In this document: positions 1 through 9,589 of the stretch, in pieces
Position numbering within the stretch: the first letter of the stretch is position 1
How the letters are laid out: each line of letters starts with the position of its first letter
DNA from: Planctomycetota bacterium
Lineage (GTDB): Bacteria > Planctomycetota > UBA1135
Reading direction: 5' to 3'
NCBI GenBank assembly: GCA_045047305.1
Contig: JASFYO010000053.1
Coordinates: 1-35,022 of the forward strand
Length of the DNA: 35,022 bases
Translations under genes and position numbers: made by a program
Notes under the pieces: model-generated
What the model was told of the DNA's origin: nothing
Seen by the model: the letters and a program-made list of their open reading frames with translations, nothing else
The model's database searches: none

Positions 1-54
1 GCAAAACGGGCCGCGCTTCGGAAGTCGCGTCGAGGTCAGGCGTAGTCTCCCGCC

Positions 55-2274
55 TTATTGCGCTGTGAATGTCGCGAGGTAATCCATCAGGCCGAGCATC
101 TTCGGCGCTGTTGCGATGTCTTGGTTTTGCGATTCCAATACACCCCAACTTCCATACTTGTTGAACTTGGTCACATGGGTAAAGGACATGTACAAGCCGC
201 CACCGGATGTCTTCCAGCGATTCAAGTCATCAGCATAAACCTGACGCATTCCGGCATCACGGTTGGTAGCTACAAACAAATTGGTCAGCGCTTGTACTTC
301 GCGTGCGGCGTAGACACCAACTAGGTGTTGGCCGCCTTCATAAGAGATCAGTGGAATACCGCGGTCGGCAGCATTTAAGGCATTGGATTCTGTGTGCCCA
401 CCAAGGCCATTAATGACTTGGCTGTCGGCATCACAGGCAGCAAGGACCTCGGTAACGCTCATGCTGACAGTGGTATCCGATTGCGGTTCGCGGCCAAGGT
501 AACCACCGAAGTAGGGTGCAACAGCATAGACATCGAAACGGTCCGCGACTGTGCTTTGATCTAGTGCGGTCAAGTCAGCATTCCAGTCCATGACTTGGAC
601 GCCGACCCAAGGGTTGGAGCTTTGACCAGCAATCACGCGCACTAAGCGTTCCGGTTGTTCGGCAAAAACGCTGGAGCAAAGGGTTAATACTTCATTCGCG
701 CGTTGGGAGTACCACCAAAGTTTGGCACGAGTTGGATCGGTAGAGAGACCCGCTGCGATTCCTTGCGTTTGCGCGTACTGAGAGGCCGGGAACAAACCGT
801 TCCATACTTCATTGCTGTACTCAAAGTGAACGCGCAAGCGTGGGTCCAGGCGGTCGCGGACTAAGGTCGCAGCTTGAATCACAAAATCGTCGGTTGCTAG
901 GTGGGGAATACAAATCCAGGCATCACTCAAGTTGGCATTGGCAAGATCGACCATGGTTTCCAGCGCTACACCAGCATGTACGCCACTAACGCGAGCTTGA
1001 GTGAAGCTGCTTGGCGTAGTGCGGTCGGCCCAATCAGAGACTTCCGATTCATTCGTGCGGCCCCAATCCATGAAGCGCAGAACTTTGAAATCCTGAATGC
1101 TTGCAAGGAAGTCAGGGTGGAAGGGTTCTGTGGCATAAGTGCTTTCGAAGCCAGGCATAATCAAGCGGATGTTGCGCACATAATCAGCTGGGTTGGTCGC
1201 TGTAATCCGCAGGCGTACCAGTCCGCCGGTAGGTGTAATATTCACCACAATACGGCCAACATCGGAAGACACGATTGACGCATCGCCGAGAAATTGGATG
1301 GTGCCATCGCCATCGTAAAGGCAAACATAATTCCCACTTGGATATACGCCGACAGCGTCGTTAAGCATGACCGCTGCGGCGGCCTGTCCAGTTGCTAAGG
1401 AAGTCACCCAGCCGTTACTGTCGACGCTAATCGGGATGCCGTTATCCCAAACGCCGCCTACGACATCTTGCGAGATCCATTCGCGGGCGGTTTTGAAGAC
1501 GTCGACAAAGGGGGTGGCTTGTGCATAATCCGAAACAGACCCCAGATTAATCCCGAGGTGGGAGTTCACATTGAGCAGGCCTCCGGAGCCTGGCGGCGGG
1601 GGTGGTAGCGTGCTGGAGCCGTCGGTTTGAACGTCCGCAAGGGTTCCCGCTTGCGTGCCCATCACCAAAATTGTGCAGGCAAGCATCATGTCTCCAGACC
1701 GAATATAGGGATCAAGACTTGGTGGGGTGAGGGTTTCGGCAACGGTGAGCTTTCTCCATACCCAGCGATTGGCATCCCAGTTGGCGAGGCCAATCCAAAT
1801 GTCCTGCGCGCGCGGGGCATCTAACCAGCTTAATACAATTTGATTCGCCTGCGCGCGGTCAGTCATATCCAACCAGTAAGTTGCCCAGGCTAGGCGGGCA
1901 TCGGAGCTGCGAGTGGACGGTCCCCAGTTGGGTTGAAAGCGCCCACGTGTGGATTGGGTGGTTACGTTTTCGGCTCCAGCGGCAACGACGAATTCATCGC
2001 CGGTGGCAACACCGTTACTTCCAGCCCCAGCACCAGGGGCTGGCATATTCGCCGGTGAGGCAATATTGATCTCAGCATAGGGAGAGGAGAAGTTTAGGTT
2101 TGAGCTGCCGCCGCCACTGCTAGCAAGTTCTGTGGCGGCACCACAACTGGCGACACTGAGCAGCAGGCCAGTGGCTGCAAAACAGTGGATGGACCTCTGC
2201 CAGAGGGCTCCAGTGACTGGGATTTGAATCACAGGGGATGTCATGGCCCATTCGCGGCGCGAATAAGGGCTCAC
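55..2274 (-). CDS. Putative lipoprotein: Trp-rich N-terminal domain, Pro-rich linker and C-terminal putative glycoside hydrolase domain ('cellulose-binding domain protein'-like)
   Basis: 739-aa ORF. Hydrophobic stretch and lipobox LLSVAS-C; linker STLPPPPPGSGG; motifs LRFMDW, EYSNEVWN, APYFG, YEGGQH, GSWG. AGGA lies 6 nt before the GTG start; alternative ATG at 2244. Confidence 0.65.
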   Translation of the reverse strand: MSPYSRREWAMTSPVIQIPVTGALWQRSIHCFAATGLLLSVASCGAATELASSGGGSSNLNFSSPYAEINIASPANMPAPGAGAGSNGVATGDEFVVAAGAENVTTQSTRGRFQPNWGPSTRSSDARLAWATYWLDMTDRAQANQIVLSWLDAPRAQDIWIGLANWDANRWVWRKLTVAETLTPPSLDPYIRSGDMMLACTILVMGTQAGTLADVQTDGSSTLPPPPPGSGGLLNVNSHLGINLGSVSDYAQATPFVDVFKTAREWISQDVVGGVWDNGIPISVDSNGWVTSLATGQAAAAVMLNDAVGVYPSGNYVCLYDGDGTIQFLGDASIVSSDVGRIVVNITPTGGLVRLRITATNPADYVRNIRLIMPGFESTYATEPFHPDFLASIQDFKVLRFMDWGRTNESEVSDWADRTTPSSFTQARVSGVHAGVALETMVDLANANLSDAWICIPHLATDDFVIQAATLVRDRLDPRLRVHFEYSNEVWNGLFPASQYAQTQGIAAGLSTDPTRAKLWWYSQRANEVLTLCSSVFAEQPERLVRVIAGQSSNPWVGVQVMDWNADLTALDQSTVADRFDVYAVAPYFGGYLGREPQSDTTVSMSVTEVLAACDADSQVINGLGGHTESNALNAADRGIPLISYEGGQHLVGVYAAREVQALTNLFVATNRDAGMRQVYADDLNRWKTSGGGLYMSFTHVTKFNKYGSWGVLESQNQDIATAPKMLGLMDYLATFTAQ

Positions 2275-2316
2275 TTTAGTTCCTAAAACCGAGAATCACC
2301 TACTGGCGCAAAAATC

Positions 2317-2344
2317 TTGACTTAGGACATTAATTCGCTAATTT
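2317..2344 (+). promoter_or_regulatory. Candidate sigma70-type promoter for wza-wzc
   Basis: TTGACT (2317-2322), 16-nt spacer, TAATTT (2339-2344), in the AT-rich divergent intergenic region. Confidence 0.3.
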
Positions 2345-2518
2345 TGCCGAATTATGAAGATGGACTAGGGCTTCGTCAGGCTGTTGTTGAAAAATGTAAG
2401 GCAAGGTGCGCAGTGGGTCGTGGAATAGCCGATAAACAGGATTGCGGCGTCTTAGAACGTCGCTTGGGCTGAAATAATGGTGGTAAACTTTGCCTCTAAA
2501 CGGTCCCCAGTACCCAAC

Positions 2519-3541
2519 ATGACTACCCCACTGTCCACCCTTCGCATTTTCTTGGCCGCACCTTTGGTTTTGGCCTTTGTCGCTGCATGTGCCTCGCCGG
2601 GCCCGGATTTAAGCGCGCTTCCCAAGATGGATGTCGATGCCACCCCACCGGCGAATTACATCGCGGAAACGGTGCGCATTCTGGACAGCTTTCGTGCAGC
2701 TGGCGAACGCGCCAATGCAGGCGGCTATCGCTTAGCCGCAGGAGACGATGTCACGGTTTCGGTATTCGGCCGAGATGATCTTTCTGGTTCGCACCGCATC
2801 GGCCCCGATGGCTACATCAGCTTGCCAGTGGTCGGCGATGTCGAGCTCGGTGGCCTGCATAGAGCCGCTGCCCGCGAGGCGGTGTCTGCCGCATTGGCCA
2901 ATGCCTACCCAGATCTAGCGGTGACCTTAAGTGTCGACACCTACACCGCCTATTCCGTAGTGGTGCTTGGCAGCGTGGCATCTCCTGGGGAGTACAGCTT
3001 TGCCGCAGTCCCCACTCTCTTGCGCGCAATCGGTTCTGCCGATGGTCTGCGCGCCGATGATTCTGGCTTGCGCCCAGAGCGTTGCGCCATTATGCGCGGC
3101 AAGGAAACCATCCTTTGGGTGGACTTAAATCAACTCCTAAATGAAGGTGATCTCAGCCTCAATGTTGAGTTGATTCCTGGCGACGTGATTCACGTAACCG
3201 CCGAGGCCCAACGCCTGGTTTACGTCATGGGTGAAGTGGGAAGCCCTGGTATTTATCCACTACGGCCCGGCATGACTGCCCTTGATGCCATCGCTGCCGC
3301 GGGCGGCATTACGGAAGATTGCAATGACGATGCCATCCGCGTGTTGCGCCCTTCCACCGGCAGCAGCGAAACCTTCGATTACGAGGAGTTCAGTGAAGGC
3401 GACTTCCTGCAAAATCGCGCGCTAGTCCAGGGCGATGTGGTTTTCGCTCCACGCCACACCTTGGCTGAAATCGGCTGGGTGTTCCGCCAGATTCAACCAC
3501 TGACTCAACTCGGCCTAGTTTACGGAGTCGCGACCAATTGA
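2519..3541 (+). CDS. wza: Polysaccharide export outer-membrane lipoprotein (Wza/OPX; Poly_export plus SLBB domains)
   Basis: Lipobox FVAA-C; YRLAAGDDV and IGPDGYISLPVVGDV (PES motif); two SLBB-like repeats (VLGSVASPG, VMGEVGSPG...AIAAAGG); C-terminal amphipathic helix. Start moved from 2477 to ATG 2519 to fit the signal peptide. Confidence 0.9.
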   Translation: MTTPLSTLRIFLAAPLVLAFVAACASPGPDLSALPKMDVDATPPANYIAETVRILDSFRAAGERANAGGYRLAAGDDVTVSVFGRDDLSGSHRIGPDGYISLPVVGDVELGGLHRAAAREAVSAALANAYPDLAVTLSVDTYTAYSVVVLGSVASPGEYSFAAVPTLLRAIGSADGLRADDSGLRPERCAIMRGKETILWVDLNQLLNEGDLSLNVELIPGDVIHVTAEAQRLVYVMGEVGSPGIYPLRPGMTALDAIAAAGGITEDCNDDAIRVLRPSTGSSETFDYEEFSEGDFLQNRALVQGDVVFAPRHTLAEIGWVFRQIQPLTQLGLVYGVATN

Positions 3542-5613
3542 GCTCTGAAGATTCGCGAAGTCTGGTTCCTGCGCGGCCGAGACTCCGACCAGAACCGAAG
3601 CGCCTGAATTTAATTCAGGCGCTGCGGAAACATATCCTGCTCTCCTTGTTCCTGTTGCTCAGTTTAGGCGCCGGCGGGGTTTATTTAGCGCAGCAGCGTG
3701 AAACCTTAGTCTTTATGTCCACCGCTGAAATTCATGTGGAGCGCACATTTCAAAGAGTGCTTTCGGTGGACCGCGAGGAGTTGCGTAATACTCAGGAATA
3801 TGACATTTTCCGCAATGAGCAAATTGGTCTCATGTTGCGCCCAGATGTCCTTGAAGACGCCTTGCGCCGTTGTAACCAATTGGACAACGGCACTTGGGCT
3901 CCGGCAGAGCTTGGTCCGGCAGCTTCGATTGGAGTGTTCCGCGACTCATTAGATATTTATCTTCTTTCGCGCAGCTACCGGATCGCAGTAGATTTAGTTG
4001 GCTATAACTCAAGGGCCTTGCAGCCGGCACTCAATGCTTTGCTCGAGGCATTCGTCGATGCTCACAATAGAGAGTTTTCCTTTGCCAATGATGACCGTCC
4101 CGCATCTTTGCGTGAAATCCTTGGCGTGCTTGATGGAGAAATCAAAATTAAGCGTGGCAAGGTCAAGGCACTTGCCGAACAGTTGAATGTATTGAATTTT
4201 CAGGACAGTCGGGTGAACCCTTGGCTGAATCCGTTAGAAAACGCGCGACTCGCCCAGGTAGAGGCTAGCCGCAAAGAACGGCAAATACGTCGAGAAGTGG
4301 AAGAAGCTGGTGAACCCACTATCGACCCAGCAGATTTGGATTTGGTACTTTTGGGCGGTGCGGAAGCGATTGGTGAAAGTCTTGCGCTTATGGTTTCGCC
4401 TTTGGTGGAAGAGCGCTCTAGCTTGCTTGGCCGTTTACTCAATATGGGACCTGGGCACCCCGCTCGTGCTGACTTAGAAAAACGTGTAGCAGGCATTGAA
4501 ACGCAAATTCAAGACATACTGCAGCGCCAGGCTAAAGTGGATCGTGCCACCATGGCTAAGAATTTGCGCCAGGCCCAAATTCGAAACACTCAACTTGATG
4601 AGGAAGTTGCAGAGCTAGAAAGCCGCGCGCGTAACTTTGTGACCGCTTTTCAAGACGGTGTCGTAGTGGAGACTTCTTTGCTCGGTGAATTAGAGCGGCG
4701 TAAGCAGATTGTCGCCCGCCTTAGTCACTTTGAAATTGAGGCAAAGTCGCCTAGTTATGTGCGCGTGGCCTTGGCAGCATCGCAAGTGGACCCACGTGGC
4801 CAGAGTAATCTCACCCGTAACTACGGCATTGTTGGCATACTGGCGTTTTTAATCGCGTTCGGCATTCCCATTTTATTGGAAATTCGCGATCAACGCATTC
4901 ATACAACTACCGATGTCCACGACGTCTTGGGCTTCGCACCTGCGATTTGGGTGCCGCAGAAAAAGTCAGAGAGTCAGATTTTGCTTGCGGCTGACCAAAT
5001 CCGAAGATTCGCACTCGCGCTGGATCGGGATCAATCTTATGCGCGTTCTCGTCTGATTCTTTTTGCCGATGTGAAGCCGACGAAAGGAACCCAGGAAACC
5101 ATCGAGGAAATTGCACAAGCGTTAGCTGGATTGGGCCGCAAGATTTTAGTGGTCGATGCCATGAACCCGCGTGGCTTGGGTTTGAAAAAGGCCTATGCTA
5201 CTTCAGGCTTCCTTGGTTTGCTGGCCGGGAAAGGGCTGCAAGTGCTGTCACGCGACGGCTGGGATTTCCTTGAATACGGAAATCCGAAAATTGAGGTCGG
5301 GCATAACCTGAGCGGATGGAATGGTATTTTGCGTGCAGCCACTCAGGACTACGACATGGTCCTCATCAAAGGTGGTCCACTTCTTGCTTCGCCTGATGCG
5401 GAACACATGGCATCGTCCGCAGACTTGGTGGTTCTAGTGGTGGAGGCAGAGGTCCAATTGCGTGGCGAAGTCCATCGTGCCGGCGACGTTTTGGCATCCA
5501 TCCAGCCAGCGTCAGTGGGTTCCATCCTCATCAACGCCAAGGTGTTCAGCGGTCATGGCTACTACCAAGATTTGGTGAAGGAGCGTAAAGCTCTCTCAGC
5601 GGGCTCCACTTAG
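3538..5613 (+). CDS. Polysaccharide co-polymerase (Wzc/GumC-like) with degenerate BY-kinase-like C-terminal domain
   Basis: Two TM segments flanking a long coiled-coil region; GPGHP motif; RDQRIHT...LG after TM2; kinase-fold remnants. TTGA overlap with the wza stop. Confidence 0.85.
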   Translation: MSSEDSRSLVPARPRLRPEPKRLNLIQALRKHILLSLFLLLSLGAGGVYLAQQRETLVFMSTAEIHVERTFQRVLSVDREELRNTQEYDIFRNEQIGLMLRPDVLEDALRRCNQLDNGTWAPAELGPAASIGVFRDSLDIYLLSRSYRIAVDLVGYNSRALQPALNALLEAFVDAHNREFSFANDDRPASLREILGVLDGEIKIKRGKVKALAEQLNVLNFQDSRVNPWLNPLENARLAQVEASRKERQIRREVEEAGEPTIDPADLDLVLLGGAEAIGESLALMVSPLVEERSSLLGRLLNMGPGHPARADLEKRVAGIETQIQDILQRQAKVDRATMAKNLRQAQIRNTQLDEEVAELESRARNFVTAFQDGVVVETSLLGELERRKQIVARLSHFEIEAKSPSYVRVALAASQVDPRGQSNLTRNYGIVGILAFLIAFGIPILLEIRDQRIHTTTDVHDVLGFAPAIWVPQKKSESQILLAADQIRRFALALDRDQSYARSRLILFADVKPTKGTQETIEEIAQALAGLGRKILVVDAMNPRGLGLKKAYATSGFLGLLAGKGLQVLSRDGWDFLEYGNPKIEVGHNLSGWNGILRAATQDYDMVLIKGGPLLASPDAEHMASSADLVVLVVEAEVQLRGEVHRAGDVLASIQPASVGSILINAKVFSGHGYYQDLVKERKALSAGST

Positions 5614-6410
5614 GCCGACGCCTTGCCCTTTCCGCGCAAGCGGTAAGCAATGCTGGAGAAAAGCAAGCGTGCCGCGAAAGGCAGGCCATGCACAAGATAG
5701 CGCTTAGCTAAGCGGCCTGGTTCTTGCATGAGGCGATGAATCCATTCCACTCCCGTAACCTGCATCCATCGTGGTGCACGCTTTACTTCTCCGGTGACGA
5801 AGCTAAAGCTAATCCCGACCCCTGCCCACCAAACCTTCGGCATGAGTTTGGCCCAATCCTGGATAAGGCGCTCGCTTTTGGGAGCCCCTACAGCCACAAA
5901 AACTAGATGCGGGTCTGCATCCTGCAAAGTTTGAGTGATGGCGGCCAGGGAGGCATCATCCTTCTCAAACCCGAATTCTGGGCACAGGATTCCGGCGACT
6001 TCAAAGCCCGGGAACTCTCGCGCTAGCTGTTTGGCCGCCCCTTCTGCAGAGCCAGGGTTGCCGCCGAGGAAAAACACGCGCCGGTGGTCTTTGGCGGCTG
6101 CTTGGGTGAGGCTGCGGATCAAATCCGAGCCCGCAACCCGCTCTGGAATTGGGGTGCCCTGGATTCTGCTTGCCCAAACTAGGGGAGCGCCATCGCAAAC
6201 GCGGAGTTCTGCGTCCGGCAATCCTTCGGGGAAGAACAATCCTGCGTGAATCATGCGCAAATGATCGAGGTTGATGGTGTGTAGCCATCCTCCCCGTGCT
6301 GCCGCCCATGCCTCTGCTATGTACGCCACGCATTCACGCTCGGTGATAGCGTGTGCAGAAACCCCCATGAGCTCAATGTGAGGGAGGATGGCAGCGTTTG
6401 GGGCGGTCAT
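5610..6410 (-). CDS. WecB/TagA/CpsF family glycosyltransferase (GT26)
   Basis: Motifs TINLDH, DGAPLVWAS, ERVAGSDL, FFLGG, VGAPKSE, GVGISF, RAPRWMQ.TG.EW.HRL.QEP.RLAKRY. GGAG 7 nt upstream of ATG. Confidence 0.92.
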   Translation of the reverse strand: MTAPNAAILPHIELMGVSAHAITERECVAYIAEAWAAARGGWLHTINLDHLRMIHAGLFFPEGLPDAELRVCDGAPLVWASRIQGTPIPERVAGSDLIRSLTQAAAKDHRRVFFLGGNPGSAEGAAKQLAREFPGFEVAGILCPEFGFEKDDASLAAITQTLQDADPHLVFVAVGAPKSERLIQDWAKLMPKVWWAGVGISFSFVTGEVKRAPRWMQVTGVEWIHRLMQEPGRLAKRYLVHGLPFAARLLFSSIAYRLRGKGKASA

Positions 6411-6653
6411 GCAAAGTCTCCGCGAGGGGGACTGGAGGTATTCTGGAAAAGGCTAGAATCGTGAAATTCATGCTGAGTATAGCAGTGATTCGGGGGGTAC
6501 AATCACGGTGAACCTGCCTACAGAATTCAGTTGACGCTACACCAACACCAGCCCATGAAAGCCCCTCATTTTGCCTGCTAAGCAACCGCAAATGGTCAGC
6601 GGTTCGCACACTTCTGGCACGACTCTGATTGGCCTCGTAAGGGGTGTAAAGCT

Positions 6654-8144
6654 TTGAGCGAGAATCTCGATGCAAAACGAACACCGTCCTCTGCTCCACA
6701 GAGCCTGGGTGACAAGGCAAAGCGTGGTGGGGTTTGGGTTTTACTGGGCAAGGCCTTCGAGTCTGGGTCGCGACTGATTAGTAATGTCATTCTGGCATGG
6801 CTGCTGTTCCCGGAAGATTTTGGCGTCATGGTTCCGGTGGGGGTGTTCATGGTCGGCCTCCTTTTGTTTTCCGATGTTGGCATTGGCCCCACGATTGTTC
6901 GCTCCAAACGTGGCGATGACCCGGTGTTTCTGCGCACAGTTTGGACCGTGCAAGTCCTGCGCGGGATAATGTTGTATGCAATTTGTATAGCGGTAGCGGG
7001 CCCTTATTCGAGATTGATTGGCGAAGTCGTCACTGCCGATGGCATGCGCGAGCAAGAGGTCATCAAGCAACTTTTGTTCATCGTGGGCTTGTCACCTTTT
7101 GTCATGGGGTTTCGTTCGCCGGCTTGGTTCACCTTAGACCGACAGATCGCTCAGGGCCGCAAAACTCTGATTACCGTGATTAGCCAGGTAGTTAGTTTGA
7201 TCACTACCATTACTTGGGCTTACTACTCGCGTTCTCCAATTGCCTTAGTGGGGGGGGGGGTGGTCAACTCGCTAACCCAAACTGTTTTAAGCCATGTTTT
7301 ACTGCCCGGTGCAAAAATGCGCTTTCAGTTTGAGCGCGAAGCCATGCGTGAATTATTTGGTTTTGGGCGATGGATTTTCTTGAGCACCGCCCTATTCTTT
7401 TTAGCCACTCAAATCGACCGTATTATCTTGACGGAATTGTTGGATGCGGGCCCTCGTGGTTTGTATCGCATTGGTGACACGATTGCAGCGCTGGTGCCCA
7501 CGATGTTGGCGGCAATCTCGGCCGCAGTGGTGTTCCCTACCTGGATGCAATCCTACCGGGATTCCAAGGTGAATCATGAGAAGCGAGTGCTGCGCTCACG
7601 CAAGGCTTTAATGGCCTTGGCGATGTCAGGTGTGATTAGCATCGTGACCGTAGCTCCGCTGTTTATTGTGATTCTTTATTCGGACGCCTATCGCGGGGCA
7701 GCGATCGTGGCGCAGCTGCTGTGTCTCGCCTATTGGTTCGAAACGCTAAGAGCCTCGGCGACCAGTGCCTTGCTGGTACATGGCGATTCGCGTGCACTTT
7801 CTGGCTCGAACTTCATCATCCTTTTGGTAAAGGCTCCGGCTTGTTGGTACGGTTTTCAGTGGCTGGGCCTGCCAGGCCTCATTCTTGGCGTTGGGGTCGG
7901 CACGATGTGCGGTTTGTTGCGTTTGCATGTACGCCTTTGGAAGCATGGCACACGACTCCTCAAGCAAGATGTCCTTGGCACCTTGGCGTTGGCATGCTTA
8001 GCCGCAATTGGGTTTTGGGTCGGAAATTATTCAGTCACCATTCCATTGCTGCAGGGCATTTTATTGGCTGGATTCACCACCTTGTTCTTAGTCGGAATCA
8101 CCATTCGGCCAGCCTACCAAATGTTGTTGCGTAAATCGGAATGA
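6654..8144 (+). CDS. wzx: Oligosaccharide flippase (Wzx, PST family)
   Basis: Polytopic membrane protein; LAWLLFPEDFG, FSDVGI, ELFGFGRW, QIDRIIL, GLYRIG; position within the polysaccharide locus. Confidence 0.88.
   Translation: MSENLDAKRTPSSAPQSLGDKAKRGGVWVLLGKAFESGSRLISNVILAWLLFPEDFGVMVPVGVFMVGLLLFSDVGIGPTIVRSKRGDDPVFLRTVWTVQVLRGIMLYAICIAVAGPYSRLIGEVVTADGMREQEVIKQLLFIVGLSPFVMGFRSPAWFTLDRQIAQGRKTLITVISQVVSLITTITWAYYSRSPIALVGGGVVNSLTQTVLSHVLLPGAKMRFQFEREAMRELFGFGRWIFLSTALFFLATQIDRIILTELLDAGPRGLYRIGDTIAALVPTMLAAISAAVVFPTWMQSYRDSKVNHEKRVLRSRKALMALAMSGVISIVTVAPLFIVILYSDAYRGAAIVAQLLCLAYWFETLRASATSALLVHGDSRALSGSNFIILLVKAPACWYGFQWLGLPGLILGVGVGTMCGLLRLHVRLWKHGTRLLKQDVLGTLALACLAAIGFWVGNYSVTIPLLQGILLAGFTTLFLVGITIRPAYQMLLRKSE
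7250..7260 (+). repeat. G11 homopolymer inside wzx (currently in frame, encodes V-G-G-G-V)
   Basis: Sequence ttagt-ggggggggggg-tggtc; the longest homopolymer I found in the window. Confidence 0.9.
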
Positions 8145-9577
8145 GTTACTTTCACGGTGCCTCGATGATCGCGTTGTTGGTCAGCGCGTTTTACCCTGTG
8201 CTTGCACTGATTTTCGATGCCAACTTGCCGCGGCACCGGGCTGTGCTGGCCACGATGCTGTTTGGTTTTCTCTTCCTGCCGTCCTTGGAGTTCGATGTCG
8301 GGGGCATGATTTACTGGAACCGCAATACCGCCCCGGTATTCATGGTTCTAGCCGGCGTCCTTTTCCGCGACGGTGCGCTGCTGGCCAAATTCCGCATGCG
8401 CTGGTTTGATATCCCCATGCTGGTCTATTGCGTGGTTCCTTTATTCACCTCCCTGGATAACGGTTATGGCCTGAAGGAAGGATTGGCGCTTAGCTTTTAT
8501 CAGACAGTGCGCTGGGCGGGCCCCTATTTCATTGCTCGGCTTCATTTTCAAACCAAGGAGCAGCTTTTAGATTTGGTGTACGCCCTTTTCTTGGGCGGCC
8601 TTATTTACATTCCCTTATGTGTATTCGAAATCCGCTTTAGTCCTGTCCTGCACTACTACCTGTACGGATTCAATCAGCATTCCTTTTTGCAATCCGTTCG
8701 TGGTAGCACCTACCGCCCGATTGTTTTTTTACAGCACGGACTCATGGTGGGTATGTGGATTTCAATGACAGCCTTTCTTGGATGGGCACTTGGATCCGCA
8801 GGAAAATTGGGCCGCTATATGGGGGTTTCGCTCAAACTTTTACCACCGCTTATGCTGCTGGTTTTGATTGCGATGAAATCTTTAGGCGCATTGATTCTTG
8901 GCCTGCTCGTTTGGAGTGGAGTGTCGTTCAGTCGAACCACCGGAGGCAAGGCTTTTTTGCTTGCATTGACCATCGCTCCTTTGCTGTGGGCATTGACCCG
9001 AACCAGTGGGGCCTTGTCTACGGATGCCATCGTGGGAGTGAGTTCTTTCGTTTCGGCTGAGCGGGCCCATTCCTTGGAGTTCCGTCTAGACGCTGAAGAT
9101 TCTCTGACTCGGCATGCCATGCGTAAACCTCTGTTTGGTTGGAGTACACGTGGCTTTAATCGCGTTGAGGAGGATGGCCGCGACCGTGCCGAAACCGCCG
9201 ATGGCTTTTGGCTGATAGCCTTCTCTGCCTATGGATTAGTTGGACTGATATCCTCCCTTCTCATTTTTTGCGTTCCAAGTATCCTGGTGCTAAAATTTGC
9301 TCCTCCGCGCCTATGGAAGGATGATTCCATGATGTTCCTAGTGGGATGCATGGGGGCGGTTTTGATTGCAGTTGGCATGGACAACCTGTTGAATGCGATG
9401 ATTAACCCCATGTTCACCATGTTGCTTGGTGCCATTCCTACTGTCATCTGTCGACCAGGTTGGAACGATGTCGAGGAACAGCCAGATGAGTTAGAAATTC
9501 CTCATACTGCCGATGAATCGGAACCGCGCTACCCTCGGCTACTCGGCCAACCGGGAGATTCTACTCCTGCCGCGTAG
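8141..9577 (+). CDS. Wzy polymerase / O-antigen ligase-like membrane protein
   Basis: Polytopic; YRPIVFLQHGL, KSLGA, RAHSLEFR, KPLFGW, DGFWL...GLVG; ATGA overlap with wzx. Confidence 0.78.
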   Translation: MSYFHGASMIALLVSAFYPVLALIFDANLPRHRAVLATMLFGFLFLPSLEFDVGGMIYWNRNTAPVFMVLAGVLFRDGALLAKFRMRWFDIPMLVYCVVPLFTSLDNGYGLKEGLALSFYQTVRWAGPYFIARLHFQTKEQLLDLVYALFLGGLIYIPLCVFEIRFSPVLHYYLYGFNQHSFLQSVRGSTYRPIVFLQHGLMVGMWISMTAFLGWALGSAGKLGRYMGVSLKLLPPLMLLVLIAMKSLGALILGLLVWSGVSFSRTTGGKAFLLALTIAPLLWALTRTSGALSTDAIVGVSSFVSAERAHSLEFRLDAEDSLTRHAMRKPLFGWSTRGFNRVEEDGRDRAETADGFWLIAFSAYGLVGLISSLLIFCVPSILVLKFAPPRLWKDDSMMFLVGCMGAVLIAVGMDNLLNAMINPMFTMLLGAIPTVICRPGWNDVEEQPDELEIPHTADESEPRYPRLLGQPGDSTPAA

Positions 9578-9589
9578 AGTGTTTTTCGC

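Noticed and set aside
1..45. Possible 3' end of a plus-strand gene (AKRAALRKSRRGQA-stop) and an imperfect hairpin at about 12-29
   Set aside because: Too short to support either a CDS or a terminator call without upstream sequence.
6615..6629. TGGCACG resembling a sigma54 -24 box upstream of wzx
   Set aside because: The required GC at -12 is absent: GG-N10 is followed by AT.
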